DNA of 64,000 nt from Mobula birostris (lineage: Eukaryota), in the NCBI RefSeq assembly GCF_030028105.1, contig NC_092393.1, forward strand, positions 55,865,121 to 55,929,120, read 5' to 3'. Numbering within the stretch: position 1 is the stretch's first letter; each line of letters opens with the position of its first letter. Under the pieces are notes generated by a model. That model worked only from the letters and a program-made list of their open reading frames with translations, made no database searches and was not told the origin of the DNA. Positions 1-12,900 of the stretch are shown here, in pieces. A program made the position numbers and the translations under genes.

Positions 1-200
1 CACATGGTCACTTGTGTTACTGGCACCTTCTTGTCAGCATTACAGATCACGTTTCTTCCCCATTCTGGTATTTAGTTAACTGAACTTCTTGACCATGTCT
101 GCATGCCTTTATGCATTTAGTTGTTGCTAAGATTTGGTGGTTAGAATTTTGCATTACAAGCAGGTTTACAGATGTACTTAATAAAGTGGCCACTGAGTAT
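1..200. mobile_element. End of a Tc1-like non-autonomous DNA transposon
   Basis: Ends in TGTACTTAATAAAGTGGCCACTGAGTATA, which resembles a Tc1-type terminal inverted repeat followed by TA. Confidence 0.45.
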
Positions 201-948
201 AAATGCAGCTGAAGAGGCCAGGTAAGAAATATTCAGAAACATTAAAAAGGTATTAAAATAAAGATAATCAAGAATGTTAAAAATTAAAACAACAGATATA
301 TTTAGCTAAACTCAATTAATTCAAAACTATTTATACTGACTAATGCTCTTCATGGCCTTTCTTCTGCAGAGAAATGAATGAATTTGCTGGTCCTAGGCCA
401 CATTTAACTCAACACAATATCACCAGTGGGTTCTACATGTAAAAATTCCCCACATCATTAGGTTTGCTCACACTCCACCATTCAATTTCATGAGCAGACC
501 AACATTAAACAGTGGTGATCAAAACCCCAGCAAAGCACAACCTGTGTATTTAAGAACTTCATTTGTACAGGAACACCAAACATGCAGAATCGCTGGGAGA
601 TTGAGGAAGAAACAATCATTTTCCAGCATGTGTCAGTCTTTATTTTGTTCTAATAAATCATTCTATGGTGCATCATATATCACAGAGTAGTTTGGGCATC
701 CTGCTTATTAGCTAAGAACTTCAAGTTCTAGAGGCATTTTTGGCATAAAGATTAAAAAAAAAACATTGGAGTGAAAACAGAAATTGATCAGAGGCTCCAA
801 ACAGAATTATAGATTTCAAAACATATCATAAGGGCTTATAGGTAGCTAATTACACTTGGCTTAAATAGAACAGAGCAATGCAATTAAGGTTTGATTAATG
901 GCCTATGTTTATAACTTTGCGTTCATAAGAAAACCTAACTTACTGTAC

Positions 949-3900
949 CTGTCGCAACTCAACTGTTGGTCCTTTGCCCATGTCCATAGCTACTTTAAAT
1001 GGGGCCAGAAAAGGATGAAGCTTTAGCACCTAAAGGAACAAATGAATAGTAATTTTAGCTATTTTTAAAGCAAACATCTGGCATACATGAAAGCTGTTGA
1101 ATAACACCCTTAAACAGCTGTACTGAATGGCAGTCTTGCAACTTCAGAAATGAATCTTCGAGAAATGCAGAAGTTCACTAGCCCACCATGCCTGCACTAG
1201 TTTGATGAAAGAGCTGAAAGCCAAAAAAGAACTGCAGGTTTTGAAAACCTAAAATAAAAATATAAAATGCTACAAATACTCAGAAGATCTGAATGCATCA
1301 GCGGGAAGAGAACCAGAACTGATGCTTCAGATTGAAGACCTTTTTGTCAGGACTGGAGAGGAGACAAGGCAGTTTTAATGGCGTAGTGAGGGTTTTATTT
1401 ATTAATAGAGATGCACTGTGGAGTAGTTCCTTCCTGCCCTTCAAGCTGTGTCACCCCAGAAATCACCGACAGCCCCAATTTAACCCTAACCTAATCAGGG
1501 GGCAATTTTCCAATGACCACTTAACCTACCGGGCATGTCTTTGGACTGTGGAGGAAGCCAGAGCACCCGGGGAAAACCCAGGCATTCCACAGGGCGTAAG
1601 TACTGAGGACACCGGAGCTGAACTCCAACACTCCTATCTTTAATGGTACTGGGAGGGTGTAGCTTGGATTGGGCGATTACAGCTCGATCCCCTTCTAAAG
1701 AGCTACTAGTCTTGATCTCGCTGGTTTTTCATCACAGCTTCGCAAATCTTCCCTTTTCCAAGTATAAATATCAAATTTCCTTTTTAGTTGTGTGACGGGG
1801 TCCTGAATTACCCCTATAAACTGTGCTCAATTACCCCTATTAACTGTGCTTTTGAAAAGAGAGAGAGTTATTTAACATCAACATCTTGTTTTGAAGAGAG
1901 AGAGAGAGAGAGATGAAGACTAACTGTTGGACTGTCACTTTAAGGCACTGGAAGTAACTTTTGGATTTCTGCTGAGTTGGAGAGAGAGATGGCATCGAGC
2001 ACCTCGTAAGTTGCTATGGTAACCGAGGGCAGTTATTTGATGGACAATCGATGTTACGATGTTTCGGCAGCGTGTTGATACTCCCCAAGGACATGGCATG
2101 CTTGTGCATTTCTTACACAGAGAGAGGAAGGAGGAGTTATTTGAGTGACAGCTGATGCTCAGCACGGGGAGATAAAATAGAAGGTCAGATGATAGACCTC
2201 AGGCACATGTTTTGGATGCTGAATGAGCTTTGTTGTGCCCGCAGAAAAAGTGGGTTTTTGGAGGATCGATCAGTGGCTCTTGCAGTGAAAAGAAAAGGCA
2301 GTGACCGGTGAGAAGTTGTCCATGTGTCCACCCTTGCCTGGGTGATAGCTCCACCACAGAAAACTGGTTCCCTTTGTTGTGGTCACAGTCGGTGACTTTT
2401 AAAGGATTTCGGAGGACAACCAGAAGATCGACGACGCCAGCTCTCCTGAAGACTCAAATCTCTCTCTCTCTCCATCACTACTCAAATCAATACCATGAAC
2501 TGAACTGAAGTTTACTCATTATTGTAAGACTGTATCTTTTTACTCCTAGACTTGAAGAAGGTTGATTTTCATGATTTACATATAAAATATCATTGCTAAC
2601 TTGTTTGATTTATCTATATTTATATTACTGTAGTTACTAATAAATATTATTAGTTAATAGCAATACTGGACTCCAAAGTGTTTTCCATCTCTGCTGGTTC
2701 TTTATTCCTGTCACAGGGTACATGACAGTTGTAATTGTATCTCCCTCTGAGTCACTGTAATGCATAAAAACATTTCTCCTAATTTCTCTACTGCATTTTT
2801 ATTAAACTACCAAATTGAAGATAATTGTGGAGAAGGACAAGACTGATCCTTGGGTTGAGATTCTATAAACTGGAGAAAGGCCAATTTTAATGGCATTGAC
2901 AAAGGCAGGTATGGATTGGGGCAGGTCATTTTCCGGTTGCTTAGTAAGTGGGAGGCTTTCAATAGTGAAATATTGAGAGTACAGAATTTGTGTTATGCAG
3001 ACTGTTGGCACTGCTATCTGCTACAGTACTGCAGTTCTACAGAAGAATGTGCTCAACTCCAAATATATAGAGAGACTCCAGTTATAGAAGTGTGTATTTA
3101 CAAAAAAAAAATCCCCATTCAACTTCAAAAATCTTCTACTGATCAAACATTTATAAAGGATTGTCATTGACTAATATATATTATTAAGATAAATACTAAT
3201 ATATATTATTGCGATAAACTGCTGTCATTTCAATAAAGCTACAAAGCAAAACTGGATTCAAATGTGCCCTTCATTTTTCACACAACCAAGCATTTTGATT
3301 ACCTTTTTCTGACTTATTCTTAATTTAGAATCAATTTTTTCAGTCAACTGCAATGAATCAAATAAGAATGCCATCACTCCTCGATCCAGATTCCCACTCA
3401 CTGAGAGAACATGTGGTACAACAGTCTTCCTTCCATCTCGGCCCTTTAAGGAAAAATAAGTTCCAGCAAGAAATTATATACGAATTAGTATCAGTTAAAC
3501 GTCATCTGCCCAACCTTCAAAATCTCATCTTTTCTCCCCTCTTCTGAAATCACTCATGTCATACTTACATTCATATAAAGGTTTCTCATATGCCTCAGAA
3601 TCATCACAAAATTCATACTTGATGTAACAGAATTTCTGCATTTCAATACCCCATTAAGGGGGGTGAGGGTTAACTTCCAGGGCTAACATAACATGCTCAC
3701 AACTCACTAACCCTATGTCTTTGGGATGTGGGAGGAAACCGGAGCACTTGGAGAACATACAAACTCCTTATAGACAGTAGTGGAAATTGAATCCCGATCT
3801 TACAACTGGCACTATAATAGCTTTATGCTAGCCACTACACAACTACCTAATGCTCCAGTGGCGTCAGTAGTTTTAGTGGTTTAGTTGGTTGAACACCAGA

Positions 3901-6900
3901 GAAAAATCAATAGTCTTCAAACCATACCAATTTCAAATACATCAACTCAATTCAAATATTAGAAAAGCTGGGTTAGCTCAGAAGTAGGTAAGCCGAGGAA
4001 CATATGGGATTCATCCAGTGCTTTGGAGGGAAGTACAGCATGAGACTGTAAGGGGAGTAATCTTACAATGCTCTTGGGAAAGGAAATGACGCAAGACTGG
4101 CCAGTAGCAATCAGTTTAGCTGTGGTGTAGGAAAAGTAGAAGCATTGGACCAGAACAGAATTAAAAGTCACCTGATGGGAAATTAAGCCAAGCTAGTCTG
4201 GATCTGTTAAGGGAAATCATGCTTACCCAATGAGCAGAGATTTTTGTTGATGAGATGACAGACAGAATTGATGAGGATAATGTAGTCCACGTGGACTGCC
4301 GGCATGATTTTGATGAGGTGCCACATAACCATCTTATCAGCAAAACTGAAGCATGTTGCATACAAGGAATATAGACAGTATTGATACAAAGTTGGCTAAA
4401 CCAGGGGACCCCAACCTTTTTTGCACCACGGACTGGTTTAATATTGACAATATTCTTGCGGACCCGTCGCCCCAGGGGGGTGGGAGGCGGGGGTGCTCAA
4501 GTAGGGTTAAACTCACCTCAACATGTCTTTTACAGTTAGGGTTGCCAACTTTCTCACTCCCAAATAAGGGACAAAAGTAGCAGTCAAATCCCGGGACACT
4601 TTACCCCAGGAAAGACAACCATGACCGTGAAGCCTTGCGCGGGCACCTGTGTGTGCATGCATGCTGTGCGCATGTGATGTGTGCATACACGTACGTGCTC
4701 ATTTTTTCCCCCACAAATCCGTTTTGTCTTCATCTTCCCGACTATACTGTACATACATTATTTCTACTTTATATAGGCTGTGTACTTATCATATCATTCC
4801 TGCTTTTACTATATGTTAGTGTTATTTATTTTCGGTTTTATGTGTTATTTGGTATGATTTGTTAGGTTATATTTTGGGTCTGGGAACGCTCAAAAATTTT
4901 TCCCATATAAATTAACGGTAATTGTTTCTGTGCTTCACGCCATTTCGGCTTACGAACAGTTTCATAGGAACGCCCTACCTTAGTGGGAGAAATACGGGAC
5001 AAACCAATTTAGCCCAATATACGGGATGTCCCAGCAAATATGGGACAGTTGGCAACCCTATGTTCAAGTTCAACAGTGCGCGACAGGGGATGAGGAAAGG
5101 CGCAGCTGATTCATATCATTTCCTCATGGCCTGGTAGCACATGCTTTGCGGCCCAGTGGTTGGGGACCGCTGGGCTAAACAACCAATAGCAGAAGGTGGT
5201 GAACAGTGGCATTGTCCAAGGACTAGTGTTGTGGAAACTGTTTTTAAAATAACCTAGATAGTGTGCAAATGCAATTTCTAAATTTGCAGATGTCACAAAA
5301 CTTGGCAGCATTATGAAATGCAAAGAGAATAGCGATAGATTGCAGCATAATATAAACAGGTTGATAGAATATGTAGGTGCAATTTAATGTAGAGAAAGCC
5401 GATGTACTGTATTTTGATCATGGCTGAAAGGTCATAGTTGGGAGTTTAACATCAAAAGATATACTTTGTACGGAAAGGACAGGCAGGAAGGCATAGGTGG
5501 TGGTGTGGCTCTCTTGGTAAGAGATGGAATTATGTCTTTAGAAAGGTGACATAGGGTTGGAGAATATTGAATTTTTGTGGGTAGACTTAAGAAACAGCAA
5601 GGATAAAAAAAAAAACCATTACGGGAATCATATATTTGCCTCCAAATAGTAGCTAAGATGTGGGGTTGAGCTTGCAAACGAAGCGAGAAAGGGCATGTAA
5701 TAAGGGTAATGTCACAATTGTAAAGGGGGATTTCCATATGCAAGGGAATTGGGAAAATCAGGTTGATGTCAGATTGCAAAAGGTGGAATTTGTTGAATGG
5801 CTACGAGATGGCTTTTTGGAGCAGCTTGTGCTTGAGTCTACTCCGGGAAAGACTATCTCAGACCGGGTGTTGTGTAATAACCCATATTTTATTAGTCAGC
5901 TTAATGTAAAGAAACTCTTAGGAGGCAGTGATCATAACATGATTGAATTCATACTGCAATTTGAGAGGGAGAAGCACAAGTGACATGTATCAGTATCGCA
6001 ATAGGATAAAGGGAATTACAGATGCTTGAGAGAGGAGCTTGCCCAGGTGGATTGGAGGGGGATACTGGCAGGAATGATGAGAGAACAGAGGTGGCTGAAG
6101 TTTCTGGGAATAGTTCACAAGGTGCAGGATAGGTACGTCTCAGAGAAGTAGTTGTTCTCAAATGGCAACAGTGGCTGACGAGGAAAGTTAAGGACTACAT
6201 AAAAGCCAAGGAAAGGGCATATAAGATAGCAAAAGTGAGTGGGAAGTTGGATGATCAGGAAGCTTTTAAAATCCAACAAATGGCAACTAAAAAATGTATA
6301 AGAAGGGAAAAGATAAAATATGAGGGCAAACTAACTGATAATATAAAGCAGGATACTAAAAGTTCTTTTTCAATTATATAAAGAATAAAAGGGAGGTGAG
6401 ATTTGATATCGGATGACTGGAAATGATGCTGGTGAGGCAGTAATGGGGGACAAAGAAATGGCAGATGAACTTAATAAGTACTTTACTTCAGTCTGTGGAA
6501 GACACCAGCTGTAAGAGAGGAAATTATAGGCCAGTTAGCCTAACCTCAGTGGTTGGGGAAGTATTGGAGTCTATTATTAAGGACTAGGTTTTGGGGTACT
6601 TGGATACTAATGATAAAATAAGTCAAAGTCAGCGTGGTTTCTGTCAAGGGAAATCTTGCCTGACAAATCTGTTTGAATTCTTTGAGGAAGTAACAAGCAG
6701 GGTAGACAAAGGAGAGGCAGAGGATGTCATTTACTTAGATTTTCAGAAGGCATTTGATAAGGTGCCTCACATGAGGCTGCTTAACAAGATAAAATCCTAT
6801 GGTGTTACAGGAAATAAACTGGCATGGTTAGAGCAATGGCTGACAGGCAGGAGGCAGCGAGTGGGAATAAAGGGGGCCTTTTCTGATTGGATGCCAGTGA

Positions 6901-9900
6901 CTAGTGGTGTTCCTCAGGGATCAGTATTGGGACTGCTACTTTTCACATTGCTTGTCAATGATTTAGAAAGTGGAATTGGTTGCTTTATGACAAAGTTTGC
7001 AGATGATATGAAGATGGATGGAGGGATAGGTAATACTCAGGAAGCAATGTGATTGCAGCAGGACAGATTGGAAGAATGGGCAAAAGAGTGGCAGATGAAA
7101 TACAGTGTTGGGAAATGTATGATAATGCACTTAGGTAAAAGGAACAGTAGTGCAGATTATTATCTAAATGGGGAGACAATTCAAACATCAGAGGTGCAAA
7201 GGGACTTGGGAGTCCTGATGCAAGACTCCCAGAAGGTTAATTCACAGGTTGAGTCTGAGGTAAAGGCGGCAAATGCAATGTTGGCATTTATTTCAAGGAG
7301 AATAGAATATAAAAAAACAAGGAAATAATGCTGAAGCTTTATAAGACACTAGTTAGGCCACAGTTAAGAGTATTGTCAAAAGTTTTAGGCCCCTTATCTC
7401 AGAAAGGATGTATTGTCATTGGAGAGAGTAAAGGATATTATTGAAAACAGGATCTTAGAATGGAGTATTCCAAGAGACTATGACACAAATCATTGAAAAA
7501 TGGCCAAACAGTTTGAGGAAGTGGTTAAGATGTGTGCAATTCTTCCTGAATACATGACAAAGAGTATACAAAAAGTGCAGATACAATTTGTTAGATCTTT
7601 ATAAAACTCTGATCAGCTTCATCTAGAGTACTGTGTTCAATTCTGGTCACCTTGTATGGGAAGAATGACTACTAGCAGGATATCTTAAATCAGCAACTAT
7701 AATTACAGCCAATTTAAACAATAACTCTGTTCCATGAAAAAAAAATTACCAGTGTTACGTAAGAACACAAGGAATAAGCAGAAGTCAGCCATCTGGCCTG
7801 CTGAGCTCCTTCATTCAATAAGGTCATGGCTGATCTGGTTCCACCTACCTGCCTTTTCCCCATAGACCTCAATTCACCTGCAATGCAAAAATCTATCTGT
7901 GTCTTAAATATATTTAATGAGGTAGCCTCTACTGCTTCTCTGGGCAGAGAATTCCACAGGTACACTACTCTCTGGGAAAAGCAGTTTCTCCTCATCTCCA
8001 TCCTAACTCTAATCTCCTGAATCTTGAAGGTATGTCCCCTTGTTCTATTTTTTTAAAATTTTAGGAATATCAGGCACTCTCCAAATGACACAATTGAGAG
8101 TTAAAAACGGACACAAAAAGCACGATTGACCAGTGTCCGGGAGTAAAGTAATTTGAAAGAGGGGATGGTGAGGGTGGGGTTGGAGGTGAGTGGGCTGGAG
8201 AGGGAAATGGGGTGGGGTTGAGAGGGGTAGTATGAGTGTGGGAAATGGAGAGAGTTGAAGGGGGTTGGGGTATGAGAGATTTCAGGGCATTGATGAGGGT
8301 AGAAAGGGGAGTTGGTGAGGGAAGGGCTGGGGCAGGGCATGAAGATAGGGGAGGGGAAGGGATGGGATGGCGGGGCAGGAAGGGATTAAGGGGGGGCAGG
8401 AAGGGATGGGGGGCAGGAAGGGATTGGGGGGCAGGAAGGGATTGGGGGGCAGGAAGGGATTGGGGGGCAGAAAGGGATTAAGGGGGGGCAGAAAGGGATT
8501 AAGGGGGGGCAGAAAGGGATTAAGGGGGGCAGAAAGGGATTAAGGGGGGGCAGAAAGGAATGGGGGGGTGGAAGGAAGGGAACGCTCCCTCCCTGCAGAT
8601 TTCAATACTGGTCCTCTTGGGTTGCAAATGTTCTAGTAAATTTTTCATTTGCTCCATTGTCCTCTTGCTCCCTTATCAAAATCTGTTGTTTAATGGTATT
8701 TCTTACACTGCAAATAAATGAACAGCACACAATTACCTGCAAGCTTGATTTATTTCCCTGGTGTTCACGCAAAAGATCTTTGTCTCCCAGATTTATCAGT
8801 GTCTCGATAGGTTCCTTCCCCCAAGGAAAAGTGAAGTACAGAGCAGCTCCTTTAATTCCATCGTTATTCTGGGAATCCATGGCTGTAAAACTGGATGGAC
8901 TTCTGGCAAACTACGAAGCAACCAAATAAATAAAAACACAAAATTATTAGGTGATTTATAACCCTGCTTCTTCCTTTCCCAATTATGCCCACAAAATGTG
9001 AAAAAACAAAAGCCATGAGGAACTGATGTTGGAAACAAGTAGTCACAAGTAGGTATTTTCTCATGCAAATTTCTACAGATATACCATGGAGATCATTCTG
9101 ACTGTCTGGTATGGATCAGAATGCACCAGATCGGTAAAAAGCTGCAGAAAGCTGTAAACTCAGCCAGCTCCATCATGGGCACTAGCCTCCCCAATATCAA
9201 GGACATCTTCAAAGGCAATGCTTTAAGAAGCTGACACCCATTATTAAGGACCTCCGTCACCCAGGATGTGCCCTCTCCTCATTACTATCAAAGGAGGTGA
9301 TACAAGAGCCTGAAGACATACACATACACTTATGTCTCGTCCCCCTCCACCATCAGATTTCTGAATGGACAATGAACCCATGTACACTACCTCACTTTTT
9401 TTTTTAAAACTTACTTTCTTTTTGCATTACTTAATTATATATCATTGTAATTTAGAGTTTTTTTATTATTACGCATTGCAATGCAGTGCAAAACAATAAA
9501 TTTCATGACATATGTCAGTGATATTAAAACTCATTCTAATTCATAGTCTCAAATTAAGGGATCAGTCATTCGGGATTGAGATGAAAAGTAATTTCTTCAC
9601 TCAAAAGTTAGCAATTATTTTTGGAAATCTCTACTCAGTCAACACATATTTAAGGCATGCATCAGAAGATTTTTGAAAATAAGGAAATCAAATGCATACA
9701 GGGTTACAGTACTGACACTGAGCTCAAGATTTCAGCCATGATTTTAGCAAGAAGGAGATAAATTATTATCATTTAATTGATGCACTCTTTATTTTAGGCA
9801 TTTGATTTCTTTATAAAGTACATGGATACTGCTGAAGGAAAGACCCTCAGCTTACTTACGGACATACTGCAGTTTATGTCCCTTCTTTTCATGGGCCATT

Positions 9901-12900
9901 ATTCTCCCCAGATTCCTTTTTCAGCTCTTTACCTCTTCCACCTATCACCTCGCAGCTTCTTACTGCATTCCCCATCCACCTTCCCCCTTAACCATCTCCT
10001 GTCAGCTTGTACTCATCCCCCTGCCTCCATCTTCGTATTCTGTCATTTTCCCATTTCTTTTCCAGTCCTGATAAAGGGTCTCATCCCAAAATGTTGACTG
10101 TTTATTCCCCTACATAGATGCTGCCTGATCTGCCGAGTTCCTCTCGCATTTTGTATGTGTTGCTCTGGATTTCCAGCATCTGCAGAATCTCTTGTGATTT
10201 TGGAACGCCCCATGTCTGCTTTTAGTTCTTAGGTTATTTTAACAGACTTTGAACCCCAGGAATCAAATCTTAACAGATACTTTTTGGACTAGGAGATTTT
10301 ATTTACTACTTTACAAAAATAAATAATTCTATTAGTCCCTCCAACCTTGAAGGTTTTCATCCAGCTGCAAAATGATTTTGAAATTTTTAAATGATGCAAC
10401 TGACTTTTGTACATGAATGAGACTTTTTGAAAGAGTTTGGAAGAGATAGGAAAGTAGTGTTACTGCTTTTTAATGAATGTGAAATTTTAACCTTCCTAAT
10501 TGTTAGCAAACTTCAGACTTCTGATTGGCACGAAACATATACTGACTTGATTATTGACATCATTTAATTGATGCACTATTTTAGGCTTTTGATTTCTCTA
10601 TAAAGTATGTGGATAGAACTGAGGAAAGACCCTCAGTTTATTTATTGAACTACTGCAGTTTGCACTATTTTATAGTCTATCATTTTTTTTACATTGATGA
10701 TAATAGTTACTTACACAGAATCATTAGTGATTTTGGAACTATTTCCCTCAGAGCAAATAATCAAGGATACAAAATAGATTCACCCACATCAACAACTTAT
10801 ACATCATGTACATCTGTGTGTATCTAAGTAATTGAACTTCCATATTTGGCCCATTATTCCAGGTGCCACCACAGTGGTAAATAAGGAATAACGTTTGGAG
10901 ACATGCAGGGTGTGAGATGCTAGAGGAACTCAGAGGGCTGAGTTGCATCAGTAAAAAGGGGTTGGGGGAAGAAGGAATTAGTAGACCCCCCCCCCCAGTA
11001 GATGCTACTTAACTTTATTGTTGTAGGGAATAACATCTGTCTGTAACTACTAAAGTGATGTAACTGGCTGAAAAAATGATCAGAGAAAAACATTCTGAAA
11101 TAAAATTTATTTAAACAGTTACTTCTTACTTTCCTCCACCACAGTAAGCGCTGACGCACCCAGTAGTCTAGCCAACGTCCAGAAGTCCGAGGAGAACTAA
11201 ACCATACCAATGATGCTAATTCCATCTCTGTGGTTCTTTAAAAGTAATGGGAGACTAAAGTTACTAAAGAATAATGAAATTGCTTGTTACAGTATTACCC
11301 TAAATCAAGCAACGTTCTCAATCATGGCTTGCTCCATGAAGATGCATTTCCCTTTAGGAGAAAGGCAAGATTTTTTTTATTTAAAAGGAGTGAATTCAGC
11401 CCAAGGAATCAAATGAATAGAGCCAATGGCTCCACAAACCATACTGAAATAGTAGGGGTAGTATATGTCTAAGAAATAAAGGAGTCTGCTAGGATTTATA
11501 GGACAATATTAATAATAAGAAAAGCAGCAAGGATAAACAATTTACTTTGAATTGAAAATAACAGCTGTGAAAGGTTGATACTTTAAATGCATCAACACCA
11601 ATAGATAGAGTTGTTAAAATCTATATAACTGGGTACTGGGAAAGCATAGAATATTAAGATGTAATAATATATTCACATTTATTCCCAAATTAGGAGTTTG
11701 CTATACAAATTTGTGTACCAAATTATCATTGCGTTTTGAAGGAATTGAGAGTCAAGCAAGTACAAGGACCTCATTTTAAACAAACTAGATTTTGCTTTCT
11801 TTGTGAATAACTCCAGCAAGTTGCCCATGAAATAAGAAACTACTATATGCTGTGTGTGAGTTACTTACCTTATCATATTACGTATAGTTGTGTACTTAGT
11901 TGTAGGAATGGGCTGATAACATACCCCGATTTCAGCCAAACCAAAAGGTAACTTCCTGTTCACAAGGTTCAAAGATTTGGTGTATTCACAAAATGCTCCT
12001 ACAGTAGATCAAAAGTAGTAAATGTGAAGTTCAGATTTCAAAATAAAGCTACACTACCTCTATGAAAGGATTGATAAATCCTCATTCTTAACAGCTTTAA
12101 CTCTCAACTTGTAATCTAAAATGAAATACATTTTATGGAGATCAGATTAACGCTGGTCTTAACCTAAACAACTTGCAAATTTTCCCAAAACATTTGTATG
12201 CCTAATTCCCTTTTTTCTTTTCAACTCCCTCCAACAAATTCCACTTAAAAGTGTGATGAACAATACAATCCAAAGGCAAAATAACCATTGATGCAAAATG
12301 ATGTGCAATGAAACTGCTACTCAGAAGCCCAAGTTTATAATGATCAAGCTGATTGTGCACACAATCTATGCTTTGACATTTGTATGGAAAGATTTCAATT
12401 CAATCAAACCTCAATAGGAATAATTTCTGAAACAGGAATTTTAACATTTATGCTACACACACTAGCCATCAAAGAGTTGTTTAGTTTGTTAACGCCACTA
12501 TATTATGCTATATAAAATGTTTAAAGGGAAGGACATCTTATTAAATATCAAGTACAGTGGATTCCGGTTAATTGGTCCATCGGTTACCTGGAACAACTCT
12601 TACAGAAAAAAAAACTAATCAAGAAAAGAGCCAGGATTCCCTTCCTTTATTTGGGCCACAACGCACTGTAATTCTATTAAGTCACATTTGAGGGCAGCAG
12701 AATCTGCTGTATAAACATCCACTGATTTTTCGCTTGTCAATATCCAGCTGCATCACAGCTTAGCGTGACAACTGCTGTTTGTGACTGCAAGAAACGGCAG
12801 GGTTGCGGACACAGCTTAGCACATCACAGAAACCAGCCTCCCCTCCATGGACTCTGTCTGTACTTCTTGCTGCCTCAGCAAAGCAAGCAGCACAATCAAA

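Noticed and set aside
8365-8575. Regular repeats as a CRISPR-like array or coding repeat (GAGRDW ORF)
   Set aside because: No unique spacers and a eukaryotic intron context; it is a simple minisatellite.
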